Positions 9,932-19,168 of a stretch of 62,135 bases of DNA are shown here, piece after piece. The position numbers were made by a program, and so were the translations under genes. Below the pieces are notes generated by a model. That model saw only the letters and a program-made list of their open reading frames with translations. It did no database searches and was not told the origin of the DNA. Within the stretch, counting starts at the first letter, position 1. Every line of letters starts with the position of its first letter. This stretch comes from Verrucomicrobiota bacterium (GTDB lineage: Bacteria; Verrucomicrobiota; Verrucomicrobiia; Limisphaerales; DSYF01), in assembly GCA_041181065.1 (NCBI GenBank), contig JBEGQI010000116.1, positions 1 through 62,135 on the forward strand, written 5' to 3'.

Positions 9932-10545
9932 GGTAATGCTTGAAACGCACGATCACTCGCTGAGGCACTGCCGTGAAAGACACCGTGAGGACTCAAGGAA
10001 CCGAACGTCCAATGACCATCACTACCGCTTCCGCCCACTGCACCATCTGCTTTCCGAAACTGCGTTTTGGTTTTGCCCGCGCCAACATCCCGGGGGAAAA
10101 TCCGGGCTATTACTGCGTCGAGCGCCGGGAAAATAATGGGGCCCGATTCATCTGCAAGTGTCAGTTATTCCCAAACGCGAAGGAAATCTGCCGGCAAAAA
10201 AAACTTCTGGAGGATTCTCGTTGCGAGACAACCATTTGCACCGAGCGGCGTAGATTGATTCGGAACATTTAATTTTCATTCATGTTCGCCACCATCGCCG
10301 ATTTGAAAATCGGAACGTTACAGAAACAGAAATCTCAACCGAAAATCCGCAATGCGTAAGTGAATCAAAAAGCCGCTGTGCAAAAAATACCCGGGCACAC
10401 AACTCCAATGGCGGCCAAAAAAGTGAACATCCCGTCCACAGCATTTATCGAACACAGCATCCCAACAACTGGCATTCAGACAAACCTGGTGATCACAGCC
10501 GTAAATGTAGACGGATATTAACGACGGATTTGAAATTGCCGTCTT

Positions 10546-10574
10546 TTGACAAGCCTAGAGCCTGGGCGCACACT
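10546..10574 (+). promoter_or_regulatory. Sigma70-like promoter of the small ORF and amrB
   Basis: TTGACA-N17-CACACT. Confidence 0.5.
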
Positions 10575-10585
10575 ATTTCAGATTC

Positions 10586-10747
10586 ATGAACTCTGGCCCA
10601 CGATTTGGTCGTCTCACCCTCGATTCAAATCAGGCAGCTATACTGGCAGCAAACACACGGCCCGGTCAGCTTAGGCGAATTGAAGGTGACAAGGTTCTCT
10701 GCGGAAGCATTGCCACTCGCAAACCCCAGCGAGTTGAACTCCACTAA
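10586..10747 (+). pseudogene. 53-aa ORF, possible internally deleted relic of AmmeMemoRadiSam radical SAM gene amrS
   Basis: MNSGPRFGRLTLDSNQAAILAANTRPGQLRRIEGDKVLCGSIATRKPQRVELH; stops 3 nt before the amrB ATG; below the ORF-track length cutoff. Confidence 0.4.
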
Positions 10748-10750
10748 ATC

Positions 10751-11560
10751 ATGAGCGCCTGCCGCTTCAAATGTGTTCGCCAACCCGCCGTCGCCGGCTT
10801 GTTTTACCCAGCCGACGCCGACGAACTGCGCCGGCTTGTGCATTTCAGCCTCGCTGCCGCAATGCGGTTTGATGAGCCCAATGGAATAACGAAGGCATTG
10901 GTGCTGCCACATGCCGGGCTCATCTACTCCGGCCCGGTCGCTGGAACCGGTTACAAACTGCTCGAAAAGGACCGTGACGCAGTGCGGCGGATCATCCTGC
11001 TCGGACCATCCCACCGGGTCGCGTTTGATGGATTGGCACTGAGCGAAGCGGCCGCCTTCACTACGCCCTTGGGAGAAATTCCGATTGATGAGGAGGGCAC
11101 TGCGGCCGCTCTTCTGGTGCCCGGAGTCTGCCGTATGGAAGCGGCTCACGCACGAGAGCACTCGCTTGAGATGCAGCTGCCGTTTTTGCAAACCGTGCTT
11201 GGTCACTTCACCCTCGTGCCGATGGTCGTAGGCGAAACGAACGAAACCCAGCTGAATGCCGTGCTGGAAAAACTTTGGGGCGGACCGGAGACGCGCATCA
11301 TCGTCAGCTCTGACTTGAGTCACTTCCACAATTATCGGACAGCACGCCAGCTCGACCAGAAAACCGCTGCGCAGGTCGAGGCGCTTGAATCCGTAACCCC
11401 TGAACAAGCCTGCGGTGCCAATCCACTGAACGGCCTACTGCGTGCCGCACGTAATCACAAACTCACCGCACGAACGCTCGACCTCCGTAATTCCGGCGAT
11501 ACTACGGGGAATCGATCCCGCGTGGTGGGTTATGGGGCATTCGCCTTTTTGGAGGATTGA
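10751..11560 (+). CDS. amrB: AmmeMemoRadiSam system protein B (MEMO1 family)
   Basis: RQPAVAGLFYP, PHAG..YSG, GPSH, EHSLEMQLPFLQ, SSDLSH, ACG, NSGD, VVGY. Confidence 0.93.
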   Translation: MSACRFKCVRQPAVAGLFYPADADELRRLVHFSLAAAMRFDEPNGITKALVLPHAGLIYSGPVAGTGYKLLEKDRDAVRRIILLGPSHRVAFDGLALSEAAAFTTPLGEIPIDEEGTAAALLVPGVCRMEAAHAREHSLEMQLPFLQTVLGHFTLVPMVVGETNETQLNAVLEKLWGGPETRIIVSSDLSHFHNYRTARQLDQKTAAQVEALESVTPEQACGANPLNGLLRAARNHKLTARTLDLRNSGDTTGNRSRVVGYGAFAFLED

Positions 11561-11575
11561 ACCGCATTAAAACAA

Positions 11576-11604
11576 AACGCGCCTTCCAAATCGGAAGACG
11601 CGTT
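11576..11604 (-). terminator. Intrinsic terminator after secG (convergent with amrB)
   Basis: AACGCGCCTTCC-AAATC-GGAAGACGCGTT hairpin with a T-rich tail on the minus strand. Confidence 0.55.
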
Positions 11605-11623
11605 CGTGAAGATGGTGTCCGCT

Positions 11624-12031
11624 TTACTTTGCCGGAGTTTGCGCGGGAGCAGTCGTCGGAGCGGCGCCTGGAGTCGTGGCTGGCGCAGGAGCAGGAGATG
11701 TTCCTGACGGCTGGGTCACAGGCTCGCCGGGCAACTTGCTGGCCTCCTCTTGAATGTTGGCACCGATGGCGGCCGCACGGCCCTTTGCACCGTAATGCGT
11801 TTGCAGGAATCCGGTGAGCAGGGCGAGGCCGAAGAACGCGATGGCAAACCACTTCGTGGCTTTCGTAAGCACGTTGCCGGAACCAGCGCCGAACAATGCA
11901 TCCGTCGCGCCGCCGCCGAAGGCCACGCCGATGCCCGCTTCCTTCTTCGGAAGCTGGATGAGCACAAGCAGGATCAACGCGATGCAGACCAGCACCATCG
12001 CGAGCATCAAGAGACCAATGATGAATGACAT
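11624..12031 (-). CDS. secG: Preprotein translocase subunit SecG
   Basis: LILLVLIQ...G.G.AFGGG...LFG, two TM segments, located after tpiA. Confidence 0.92.
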   Translation of the reverse strand: MSFIIGLLMLAMVLVCIALILLVLIQLPKKEAGIGVAFGGGATDALFGAGSGNVLTKATKWFAIAFFGLALLTGFLQTHYGAKGRAAAIGANIQEEASKLPGEPVTQPSGTSPAPAPATTPGAAPTTAPAQTPAK

Positions 12032-12053
12032 AACAGTATTTCGATTAACTCAG

Positions 12054-12818
12054 TTAGATTGAGTTGCGGATTATATCAGCAAAGCTGCGGGATTCAAGTG
12101 CCGCGCCACCAACCAAGGCGCCATCCACATCGGGCTGCCCCATCAACTCCTTGGCGTTGTTGGGCTTGACGCTCCCGCCGTATTGGATACGAACCTTCTT
12201 CGCAGTGGCCTCGTCGAACATGTTGGCGAGAACTTTGCGGATGAACGCATGCGCGTCCTGAGCCTGCTGCGTTGTGGCAGTCTTGCCCGTGCCGATCGCC
12301 CAAACGGGTTCGTAGGCCACCACGGTGTCGGCCATCTGTTCCTTGGTCAAGCCGGCGAGGCTGCCGCGCGTCTGCGTTTCGAGCACCTGTTCCATCTGGC
12401 CGCCCTCGCGCTCCGCGAGCGTTTCGCCGATGCACACGATGGGCTTCAAGTTCGCCGCATGGACAGCTGCCGCCTTCTTGGCGATCAACGCATCCGCCTC
12501 CTTCTGATACTGGCGACGCTCGCTGTGACCGAGGATAACGTAGCGCGTGGAAAACTCCTTGAGCATGCCGGCACAAACCTCGCCGGTGAACGCGCCAAAG
12601 TTGTTTTCGCTCATGTTCTGCGCGGCGAGCCGGATGTTGGAATCGATGATCGCCTTGCCGACGGACTCCAACGCCGTGAAGGGCGGTGCGACCACGATGT
12701 CCACTTCCTTCACGTTCGCGAGTTCGCGTTTGAGGTCTTCCACGAGGGCCAGCGCCTCGGCGACCGTTTTGTTCATCTTCCAGTTACCGGCAATGATCAG
12801 CTTGCGTTCTTTGTTCAT
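12054..12818 (-). CDS. tpiA: Triosephosphate isomerase
   Basis: AGNWKMN, GHSERR, AYEPVWAIGTG, YGGSV, LVGGA. Confidence 0.98.
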   Translation of the reverse strand: MNKERKLIIAGNWKMNKTVAEALALVEDLKRELANVKEVDIVVAPPFTALESVGKAIIDSNIRLAAQNMSENNFGAFTGEVCAGMLKEFSTRYVILGHSERRQYQKEADALIAKKAAAVHAANLKPIVCIGETLAEREGGQMEQVLETQTRGSLAGLTKEQMADTVVAYEPVWAIGTGKTATTQQAQDAHAFIRKVLANMFDEATAKKVRIQYGGSVKPNNAKELMGQPDVDGALVGGAALESRSFADIIRNSI

Positions 12819-12844
12819 GGGAATGTTCTAAAATATTTTTGAAA

Positions 12845-14089
12845 TCACTTCTCGCTCAACGCCGCCACACCGGGCAGCACCTTGCCTTCGAGGAACTCCA
12901 GCGACGCGCCGCCGCCGGTCGAGGTGTGCGACACTTTCTTGTCCGCACCGAATTTCTTCGCCGCCGTCGCCGTGTCGCCACCACCAACCACCGTCGTCGC
13001 CCCACTTGCGGTCGCCGCGACGATCGCATCGGCCATGGCTTTCGTGGCCTTCTCGAAGGACGGGAATTCAAACACGCCGGGGGGTCCGTTCCAGATGATG
13101 GTCTTCGCACGCGCGATGACGGCACCGAATTGCTTCGTGGTTTCAGGGCCGACATCCAAACCCTGCCAACCAGCAGCGATGCCGGTGTTCAGCGTCGCCA
13201 AACCCACTTTCGCGTCCGGCGCGAACTTGTCGGCCGTGACCCAATCCACAGGCAGATGCAACTTCTTGCCCTTGTCCGCGGCCTTCTTCAAAAGCTCAGG
13301 CACGATCTTCGCGCCTTCGGGATCGTAGATGGAATCGCCGATGGCCATGTTGTCGCGCACCTTGAGGAATGTGTAAGCCATGCCGCCGCCGATGATGATT
13401 TCGTCCGCCTTGTCGAGCAGGTTGCTGATGAGCTGAATCTTGTCCGCGACCTTCGCACCGCCAAGGATCGCCAGCAACGGACGCTTCGGGTTGTCGAGCA
13501 CCGCGCCGAACGCATCCAATTCCTTCTTCATCAGGTAACCGCACGCGCGCTGGGGGAGCTGCACGCCCGTCATTGAGCTGTGATCGCGATGCGCCGTGCC
13601 GAATGCGTCGTTGATGTAAACATCGCCGAGCCTCGTGAGGCTCGCGCGGAATGCCTTCACCTTGGCCGGTTCGGCGGCCAGCTTCGTGCCGTCTTCGAGC
13701 TTCACCTTGCCCTCTTCCTCGATGTGGAAGCGGAGGTTTTCCAAAAGGATTACGTCGCCGGCCTTGGCCTTCGCGCAAGTGGCTTCGACTTCCGCGCCGA
13801 CGCAGTCGTTAAGGAATTGCACCGGCTTGCCGAGCAGCTTCTGGAGCGCTTCAGCCACGGGCTTAAGGGAAAATTTCTCGATGCGCTTGCCATCGGGACG
13901 ACCGAGATGGCTCATGAGGATGACCGCGGCGCCCTTGTCCAAGGCGTATTTGATTGTCGGCAATGCCGCCTCGATGCGCTTGGTGTTGGTGATCGCGCCG
14001 GTGACTTTGTCCTGCGGGACGTTGAAGTCCACGCGGATCAGGGCGCGCTTGCCCTTCAATTCGACATCTTCGATGAACAGTTTGGCCAT
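12845..14089 (-). CDS. pgk: Phosphoglycerate kinase (eukaryote-like sequence type)
   Basis: [53 protein letters not shown]. Confidence 0.98.
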   Translation of the reverse strand: MAKLFIEDVELKGKRALIRVDFNVPQDKVTGAITNTKRIEAALPTIKYALDKGAAVILMSHLGRPDGKRIEKFSLKPVAEALQKLLGKPVQFLNDCVGAEVEATCAKAKAGDVILLENLRFHIEEEGKVKLEDGTKLAAEPAKVKAFRASLTRLGDVYINDAFGTAHRDHSSMTGVQLPQRACGYLMKKELDAFGAVLDNPKRPLLAILGGAKVADKIQLISNLLDKADEIIIGGGMAYTFLKVRDNMAIGDSIYDPEGAKIVPELLKKAADKGKKLHLPVDWVTADKFAPDAKVGLATLNTGIAAGWQGLDVGPETTKQFGAVIARAKTIIWNGPPGVFEFPSFEKATKAMADAIVAATASGATTVVGGGDTATAAKKFGADKKVSHTSTGGGASLEFLEGKVLPGVAALSEK

Positions 14090-14152
14090 ATCAGGAATTC
14101 AAGTTCGGGTTCGGATACAACTCTCTCAAAAGCCCTGAAAACAGGGCACGCC

Positions 14153-14180
14153 AGCTTATCGGAAGCGGGAGGTGAGTCAA
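14153..14180 (-). promoter_or_regulatory. Sigma70-like promoter of pgk-tpiA-secG
   Basis: TTGACT-N16-TAAGCT. Confidence 0.5.
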
Positions 14181-14246
14181 AACGGAAGTGGTGCGCAAGC
14201 AAACCCAGAAGTGTTCGCTAACCATCAGATGAGCCGGCCCGATGCC

Positions 14247-15575
14247 TCAACGGCTTGAAGCTTCATCCAGCGCCAGCACCTTCAATGCTGCGATCGCCGC
14301 CTTGCGCACGGATTCATCCTTATCTTCGGCCGCCCCCCGCAGTCCAATGAACAAATTCCGCTGACTGGCCTTGTCCACGTGAAAGCGGGCCAGCATTTCA
14401 CAAGTCATCCGCCGCGTTGCAACATCCTCAAATCGTAATCCCTCGATCAATGCATTGGCATTTACCGCGTCGCGGACATCGTTATTGGCCAGCGCAACCG
14501 CCAGCCAGAATCGGACCTCACGATCTTCGTTCTGCAACAACCCGACGCGCAGATTAACCAGCACATCTGCCGGAGCTTCGCGAACGGTGGCTAGCGACCT
14601 TGCAGCCTGACGCCGCTTCTCAACCTCCGCCGCACGCAAGTCGTATAACAACTCGGGCAATTTGTCCGACGCCATCACAGCGGGCGCATTTGTCTTCTCC
14701 ACTGGCTTTTCAACAACCGGCGGTGCGACGGGATTGGAAACTGCAATTACATTTGTCGCGACTGGCAATGCCACCGGAGCGGGCGGGGAGGTTGGCGCAG
14801 GAACCGGAGCTGGGACGGGCACGGGCACTGCTATAGGCGGCGGCACCGGAGCAGGCGCAGGAGCCGGCGGCGGCACAACTACGGTCGCGCGTAGCGGTGC
14901 TGGCTTGGGCGGCGGTGCGACGTTTGTTTCAACGGGCTTTGCCGTTTCAACCGGCGCCGGCACTGAAACCTCCTGCGACTCCGAAGCTAAAACCGGCTCA
15001 GGCTGAACCGAAACTTTCCCAGGCCTGTTCACCGTCAATTTCCAAACCACCGCCCCGAGCACCGCCACCAGCACAACCCCAAACACGACCGCCATCGTGC
15101 GCGAGCGGCCGCTGCGAACGGATGTTTGTTTCGGTTTGGCGGGCGCTGCCGCTTTGGCTGGCACCGGACGCAGACGCGAGGTTTTGGCTTTGGCTGAAAG
15201 CAATGAGGTGTCTGACTTTGATCGGCCGCCATCAGGTGACGACATCGGTTTTGGCGGCAGATAAGGCGCCCCTCCAACCAGAGCGGATGGCTGCGACCAG
15301 AACACCGCCGAGACATCGCCGAGCCGCAGCACGTCGCCGTCTTGCAGCTGGGCTTGCGTGACGGACTGACCGTTGAGTTTGGTGCCGCTCGCCGAGCCAG
15401 GATCGTTGAGCACAAAACCTTCTGCACGGCGCGCGATCTCCACGTGCAACGGCGCCACAGAAGGCGTATCGAGCACGATGGTGTTGTTGGCTGCGCGACC
15501 GATGGTGAACGAATCGACCAGCAACACATGCTCCGCCGGCGGGAAGCCGGGTATTTGAATCATCAGCGTAGGCAT
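14247..15575 (-). CDS. FHA-domain membrane protein with Pro-rich linker and C-terminal HEAT repeats
   Basis: FHA-like TIGR...N...H...D.GS..GT.LNG, one TM (VVFGVVLVAVLGAVVW), PAP-rich linker, HEAT-like EDREVRFW and DKDESVRKAA. Confidence 0.8.
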   Translation of the reverse strand: MPTLMIQIPGFPPAEHVLLVDSFTIGRAANNTIVLDTPSVAPLHVEIARRAEGFVLNDPGSASGTKLNGQSVTQAQLQDGDVLRLGDVSAVFWSQPSALVGGAPYLPPKPMSSPDGGRSKSDTSLLSAKAKTSRLRPVPAKAAAPAKPKQTSVRSGRSRTMAVVFGVVLVAVLGAVVWKLTVNRPGKVSVQPEPVLASESQEVSVPAPVETAKPVETNVAPPPKPAPLRATVVVPPPAPAPAPVPPPIAVPVPVPAPVPAPTSPPAPVALPVATNVIAVSNPVAPPVVEKPVEKTNAPAVMASDKLPELLYDLRAAEVEKRRQAARSLATVREAPADVLVNLRVGLLQNEDREVRFWLAVALANNDVRDAVNANALIEGLRFEDVATRRMTCEMLARFHVDKASQRNLFIGLRGAAEDKDESVRKAAIAALKVLALDEASSR

Positions 15576-15626
15576 GTTCGCACGAACGAGACGAGCCTAA
15601 CGGATTCGCTGATCAAAAAACAGGAA

Positions 15627-16367
15627 TTAACCAAAGGCCCCAAACAAGGCCCGCAACTCCTCGTCCACCTGCGAGGCGTCCGCGAGGGTGTGGGCGATCT
15701 CGTCGCGCAACAGCTCGCGGTAGCGCTTCCGCAACCGATGCGCCGCCACGCGCACCGCACCTTCATCCATACCGAGCGACTTGGCGACCTCCGCGTGTGG
15801 AACGGCGCCTTTGCCGGAGGTGAGAAATATTTTGAGCTGCTCGAATTGCGCCGCCTTGCCGTCCGCCGCGCACTCGGCGCGCAACCGCTCGATCACCTGC
15901 GCCAGCAATGCCACCGCCCATTCGCGGTCGAAGGCCTTGTCCGGACTCGGTTCATTCGTGGCGGCGACTTGGAACTTCGTATCCGCCGTTTCCCAATCGA
16001 GCGACAACACGGTGTCGCCACCGCCGCGCTTGAGGCGTTGGGATTTCTTCCATTCGTTCGCGAGGAAGTTTTTTAGCGATGCCAGCAGGAAAGCGCGAAA
16101 GCGCCCGCGCTCCGCGCTCAGGCCGGCGAGATAATTCTTGGCGAGAAACCGCGCAAAGAACGCCTGCACCAAATCTTCAGCGTCTTCCTTGGCGTGCCCG
16201 CGACGGCGGACGTAGGCGTAAAGCGGGAACCAGTAGGCGCGGCACAATTCCTCCAGTGCACGATCAGAGTGAGGCGTGGTCTTGTTGCCCGCCGCGAGCA
16301 CGACCGTCCAACGCGTCGTGGCGAAGATATCGCCCGGCGCGGACGAAGAATGAGATTCAGTCGGCAT
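15627..16367 (-). CDS. ECF-type sigma-70 factor, kinase-associated PVC type
   Basis: FATTRWTVV, LCRAYWFPLYAYVRRRG, DAEDLVQAFF, RGRFRAFL, region-4 HTH AVRVAAHRLRKRY. Confidence 0.9.
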   Translation of the reverse strand: MPTESHSSSAPGDIFATTRWTVVLAAGNKTTPHSDRALEELCRAYWFPLYAYVRRRGHAKEDAEDLVQAFFARFLAKNYLAGLSAERGRFRAFLLASLKNFLANEWKKSQRLKRGGGDTVLSLDWETADTKFQVAATNEPSPDKAFDREWAVALLAQVIERLRAECAADGKAAQFEQLKIFLTSGKGAVPHAEVAKSLGMDEGAVRVAAHRLRKRYRELLRDEIAHTLADASQVDEELRALFGAFG

Positions 16368-16370
16368 GAT

Positions 16371-16450
16371 TTAACCGCAGAGAACGCAAAGGACGCAAAG
16401 AGGGAAACAGTTCCTCCGCCAGAATCAATCTCTGCGTTCTCTGCGGTTAA
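16371..16450. repeat. Intergenic palindromic element with 9-nt periodic arms
   Basis: Perfect 18-bp IR TTAACCGCAGAGAACGCA (16371-16388) / TGCGTTCTCTGCGGTTAA (16433-16450). Confidence 0.85.
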
Positions 16451-16459
16451 GTTAGGTTC

Positions 16460-19159
16460 TCACTTTGCCAATTCTTTGATTAGATCGCCGCGCGTCGTGA
16501 ACGCCGTGACTAGCTTAGCCAGTTCCAGCGCGTCATTGCGCCGGCCCGCCATGACCAACTGCCGGGCGCAGTTCACGATGGCTTCGTCGCGCGTCGTGAA
16601 CGCGGTAATCCTCTGGAGGGCGGTGCGGGTGTTCACCAAATCCTCGGCACGCGCGGCATCAGCGGCGATGGCGGCGAGCACTTCATCACGATCGGTGAAC
16701 GCCACGATGCTGTTGGCTGCGTTGAGCCGGGCTTTCAGGTCAGCAGCAATGATCTCCTTGGAGATGAAAGTGTTGGTAGGCGCCTGGATTTGGCCAAGCT
16801 TTAGAAGGGTGAAGATTTCCACTTTGAAGGATTCGTTCAGCTTCGGGCCGTAATCAAACCCTCCAGTTATTGCGTTGCTCGTAACTGAATCAAATGAGTA
16901 GTAAAACCGGCGATACCAACCTGGAGTCACCACAACCTCTCGCCTGGCTTGACTTGCGAGAGAGGTGTTCAGTTTTTCATTTGAACGGAAAAACGTAAGA
17001 CTGAAGCCGTCAGCGGATGGCCCCGGCCAGACCTCTGCCCGAGGCTGAGCCCACTCAATTTTAAAATCGCCCGGAAAACGATTGCTGGGGATTTGATACT
17101 CGAGTTGATAATTCGTAAGCGAGTGGCTTGCAGCGAATGCTCCGTTTGTAGCGGCAACCATACGCGCGTTTGGAAAATACTTGAAAATCAGTGCGGCAGC
17201 TTTGTTGGTCATGAATTGAAAAGCGTCCTCGCCCGCCTCGTCCACAACCGACTGTGTAGCCTCTGTTGGAACGCGTTTGAACACCTTGGGTGAATCGTTT
17301 TGGAACGACGCGGTATCATCCTTGTAGCGGAGGCTGACGCGATTGGGATTATCGTTTGTTGCCTGCAGGATCATTGCCTTCAATCGATCGCCATGAGCCT
17401 TCAATTGATCGTTTAACGCCTTGCTGGCGGCGCCATTTTTTTCAAATTCCTGCCGCCACTTTTCCTGCAGGGCTTCCTGTTCAGCAAATGCCGCTTCGGC
17501 CTCCGTGCCCCGCACCAGTTGTTTGACCCTTTGTCCCATTTTCTGGATTTCGCGCGCGAACGCCTGAACGTTGGTTTTTTCTGACAGGTCTTTGCCTGCA
17601 AACGCTGGCGCATCCTTCAGGTTGTCCATGGCCAAAACCAATTGAGCGGCTTCGATTGGAATAGGTTTGAAACTCTTTGGCGAATTGTCTGGCGAGCTCG
17701 AGTCATCGGCTACCGGGCTGAGCAACTTGTAGCGGATGCTGACGCTGTTCGGGTTCTCGCTGAAGCTGGTGATTTGCAGGACGCCTTGGTCGCCGTTGCG
17801 CGTGCGGAAGGCCCACGCGATGGATTGCCCGGCATTGTCGCGCATCGTCAACGTTCGGGTCGCGGTCGGGTAGGGCCACGACTTCGCTTCTTCGCGGAGC
17901 GCGCCCAACACGGCCTCGGGCGTAATGGCACCCCAAGCGTTCGGATATGCCGGGCTGATCTTGGCCACGAGCATGTCCACGGATTCGAGGCCCGCCTCTT
18001 GAATGTGCTGGTTCGTGAGGGTGAACCACGGGCGCACATCCACGAATTGTTTCCGCATCCAAGCGAACTCATCGGGCTGGAACTCCGCCGTGTTCGTCAT
18101 CCGGCGCAGCGTCATGACGGCGCTGTTATCGAGGCGCATGAAATGGATGCGGCGCTCGCGAGCATCGGCTTGGTTCAAGCTGCGGGAAGACTCGATGCGA
18201 AAGAATGGCTTCGTCGGTTGGGCGGGTTGAGCTTGTTGCGCTGCGCGCGCCCGGGATTCGGCCATTTGTTCTTCGGCGCGGGCGCGAGCTTCCGCCATCT
18301 GCTGCTCCGCACGACCGCGGGCATTCTCGATTTGCTCCTGCTGCTGTCGGGCATCGTGGTTCTGCACAACCACACGCTCACTTCCAAAGGACCAAAACAA
18401 TCCACCCGCCAGAAGGACTAGTAGGACAACACCGGCAAGTGCGGCGACGCCACAACCCACCGCCAGTGCGCCACCCGTGCCGGCAGTTTTTTTGCGACTC
18501 AGGAAAATAACCAAGCCAACGACTGCCGCAAGCACCACCAGAACGATTCCAACCAACAAGATTGAGGCCCAAGAAAACATCATGTGCGGCTGCGGTCCCG
18601 CTGACATCGAGCGCGGCATGAAGGCAAATCGGAGCGCCACGAATCCCAAAACCAGTAGCACGACCAACCCGATGATGCCTGCGCAACCAAGCGCGAAGAT
18701 GCGCAAGATGGAACTGCCGCCGGATTGCCTTGAGCCATCCATCAGCGGTGGCGTGCCGCTAGCGGGATTCACCTTGCGCCAGACGTAGCGGACGATCATC
18801 ACATCCAGCAGGGCAATCACGGGCAGTGACAACAGCAAGACGAGGATGCTGCTGGGGACACCGCGTGCGCCAGCAAGGGCGCCACCGAAGAGGCATACAA
18901 GCGTGAAGACTGCCAGGCCGACGACGAAGTCCAGCGCCAGCAAAGGCAGAAACAAACCCGCAAAAACGGCGAGCCCCATGCCATGGAGCTTCCCGGATGA
19001 TCGGCGAATCTGGCCGACAGCCACCCAGCCGAGGATTGTTGCCGCGATCAAGGACGCAATGGTGATCACCGAAATGGCGGTGAACACCAACTTCCCCGAG
19101 CTGATTATCTGGAAGAGGGCAAACATCGGGGTGGCCTGAGGCAGAAGGTGGTTATGCAT
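16460..19159 (-). CDS. Membrane/extracellular C-terminal part of the Ser/Thr kinase (multi-TM plus mosaic domains)
   Basis: In frame with the kinase, 3 codons after its TGA; TILGWVAVGQIRRS motif, several TM helices, coiled coil, GVLQITSFSENPNSVSIRYK. Confidence 0.75.
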   Translation of the reverse strand: MHNHLLPQATPMFALFQIISSGKLVFTAISVITIASLIAATILGWVAVGQIRRSSGKLHGMGLAVFAGLFLPLLALDFVVGLAVFTLVCLFGGALAGARGVPSSILVLLLSLPVIALLDVMIVRYVWRKVNPASGTPPLMDGSRQSGGSSILRIFALGCAGIIGLVVLLVLGFVALRFAFMPRSMSAGPQPHMMFSWASILLVGIVLVVLAAVVGLVIFLSRKKTAGTGGALAVGCGVAALAGVVLLVLLAGGLFWSFGSERVVVQNHDARQQQEQIENARGRAEQQMAEARARAEEQMAESRARAAQQAQPAQPTKPFFRIESSRSLNQADARERRIHFMRLDNSAVMTLRRMTNTAEFQPDEFAWMRKQFVDVRPWFTLTNQHIQEAGLESVDMLVAKISPAYPNAWGAITPEAVLGALREEAKSWPYPTATRTLTMRDNAGQSIAWAFRTRNGDQGVLQITSFSENPNSVSIRYKLLSPVADDSSSPDNSPKSFKPIPIEAAQLVLAMDNLKDAPAFAGKDLSEKTNVQAFAREIQKMGQRVKQLVRGTEAEAAFAEQEALQEKWRQEFEKNGAASKALNDQLKAHGDRLKAMILQATNDNPNRVSLRYKDDTASFQNDSPKVFKRVPTEATQSVVDEAGEDAFQFMTNKAAALIFKYFPNARMVAATNGAFAASHSLTNYQLEYQIPSNRFPGDFKIEWAQPRAEVWPGPSADGFSLTFFRSNEKLNTSLASQARREVVVTPGWYRRFYYSFDSVTSNAITGGFDYGPKLNESFKVEIFTLLKLGQIQAPTNTFISKEIIAADLKARLNAANSIVAFTDRDEVLAAIAADAARAEDLVNTRTALQRITAFTTRDEAIVNCARQLVMAGRRNDALELAKLVTAFTTRGDLIKELAK

Positions 19160-19168
19160 GTTCGTTCC

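Noticed and set aside
9932-10545. Coding region or riboswitch in the long AT-richer gap (ORF 9973-10272)
   Set aside because: No codon bias, protein motif or recognisable RNA family; probably regulatory or decayed sequence.
5644-11600. Integrated island at tRNA-Asp
   Set aside because: No integrase and no repeat of the tRNA 3' end found by eye; native-looking rmlAB lies in the middle.
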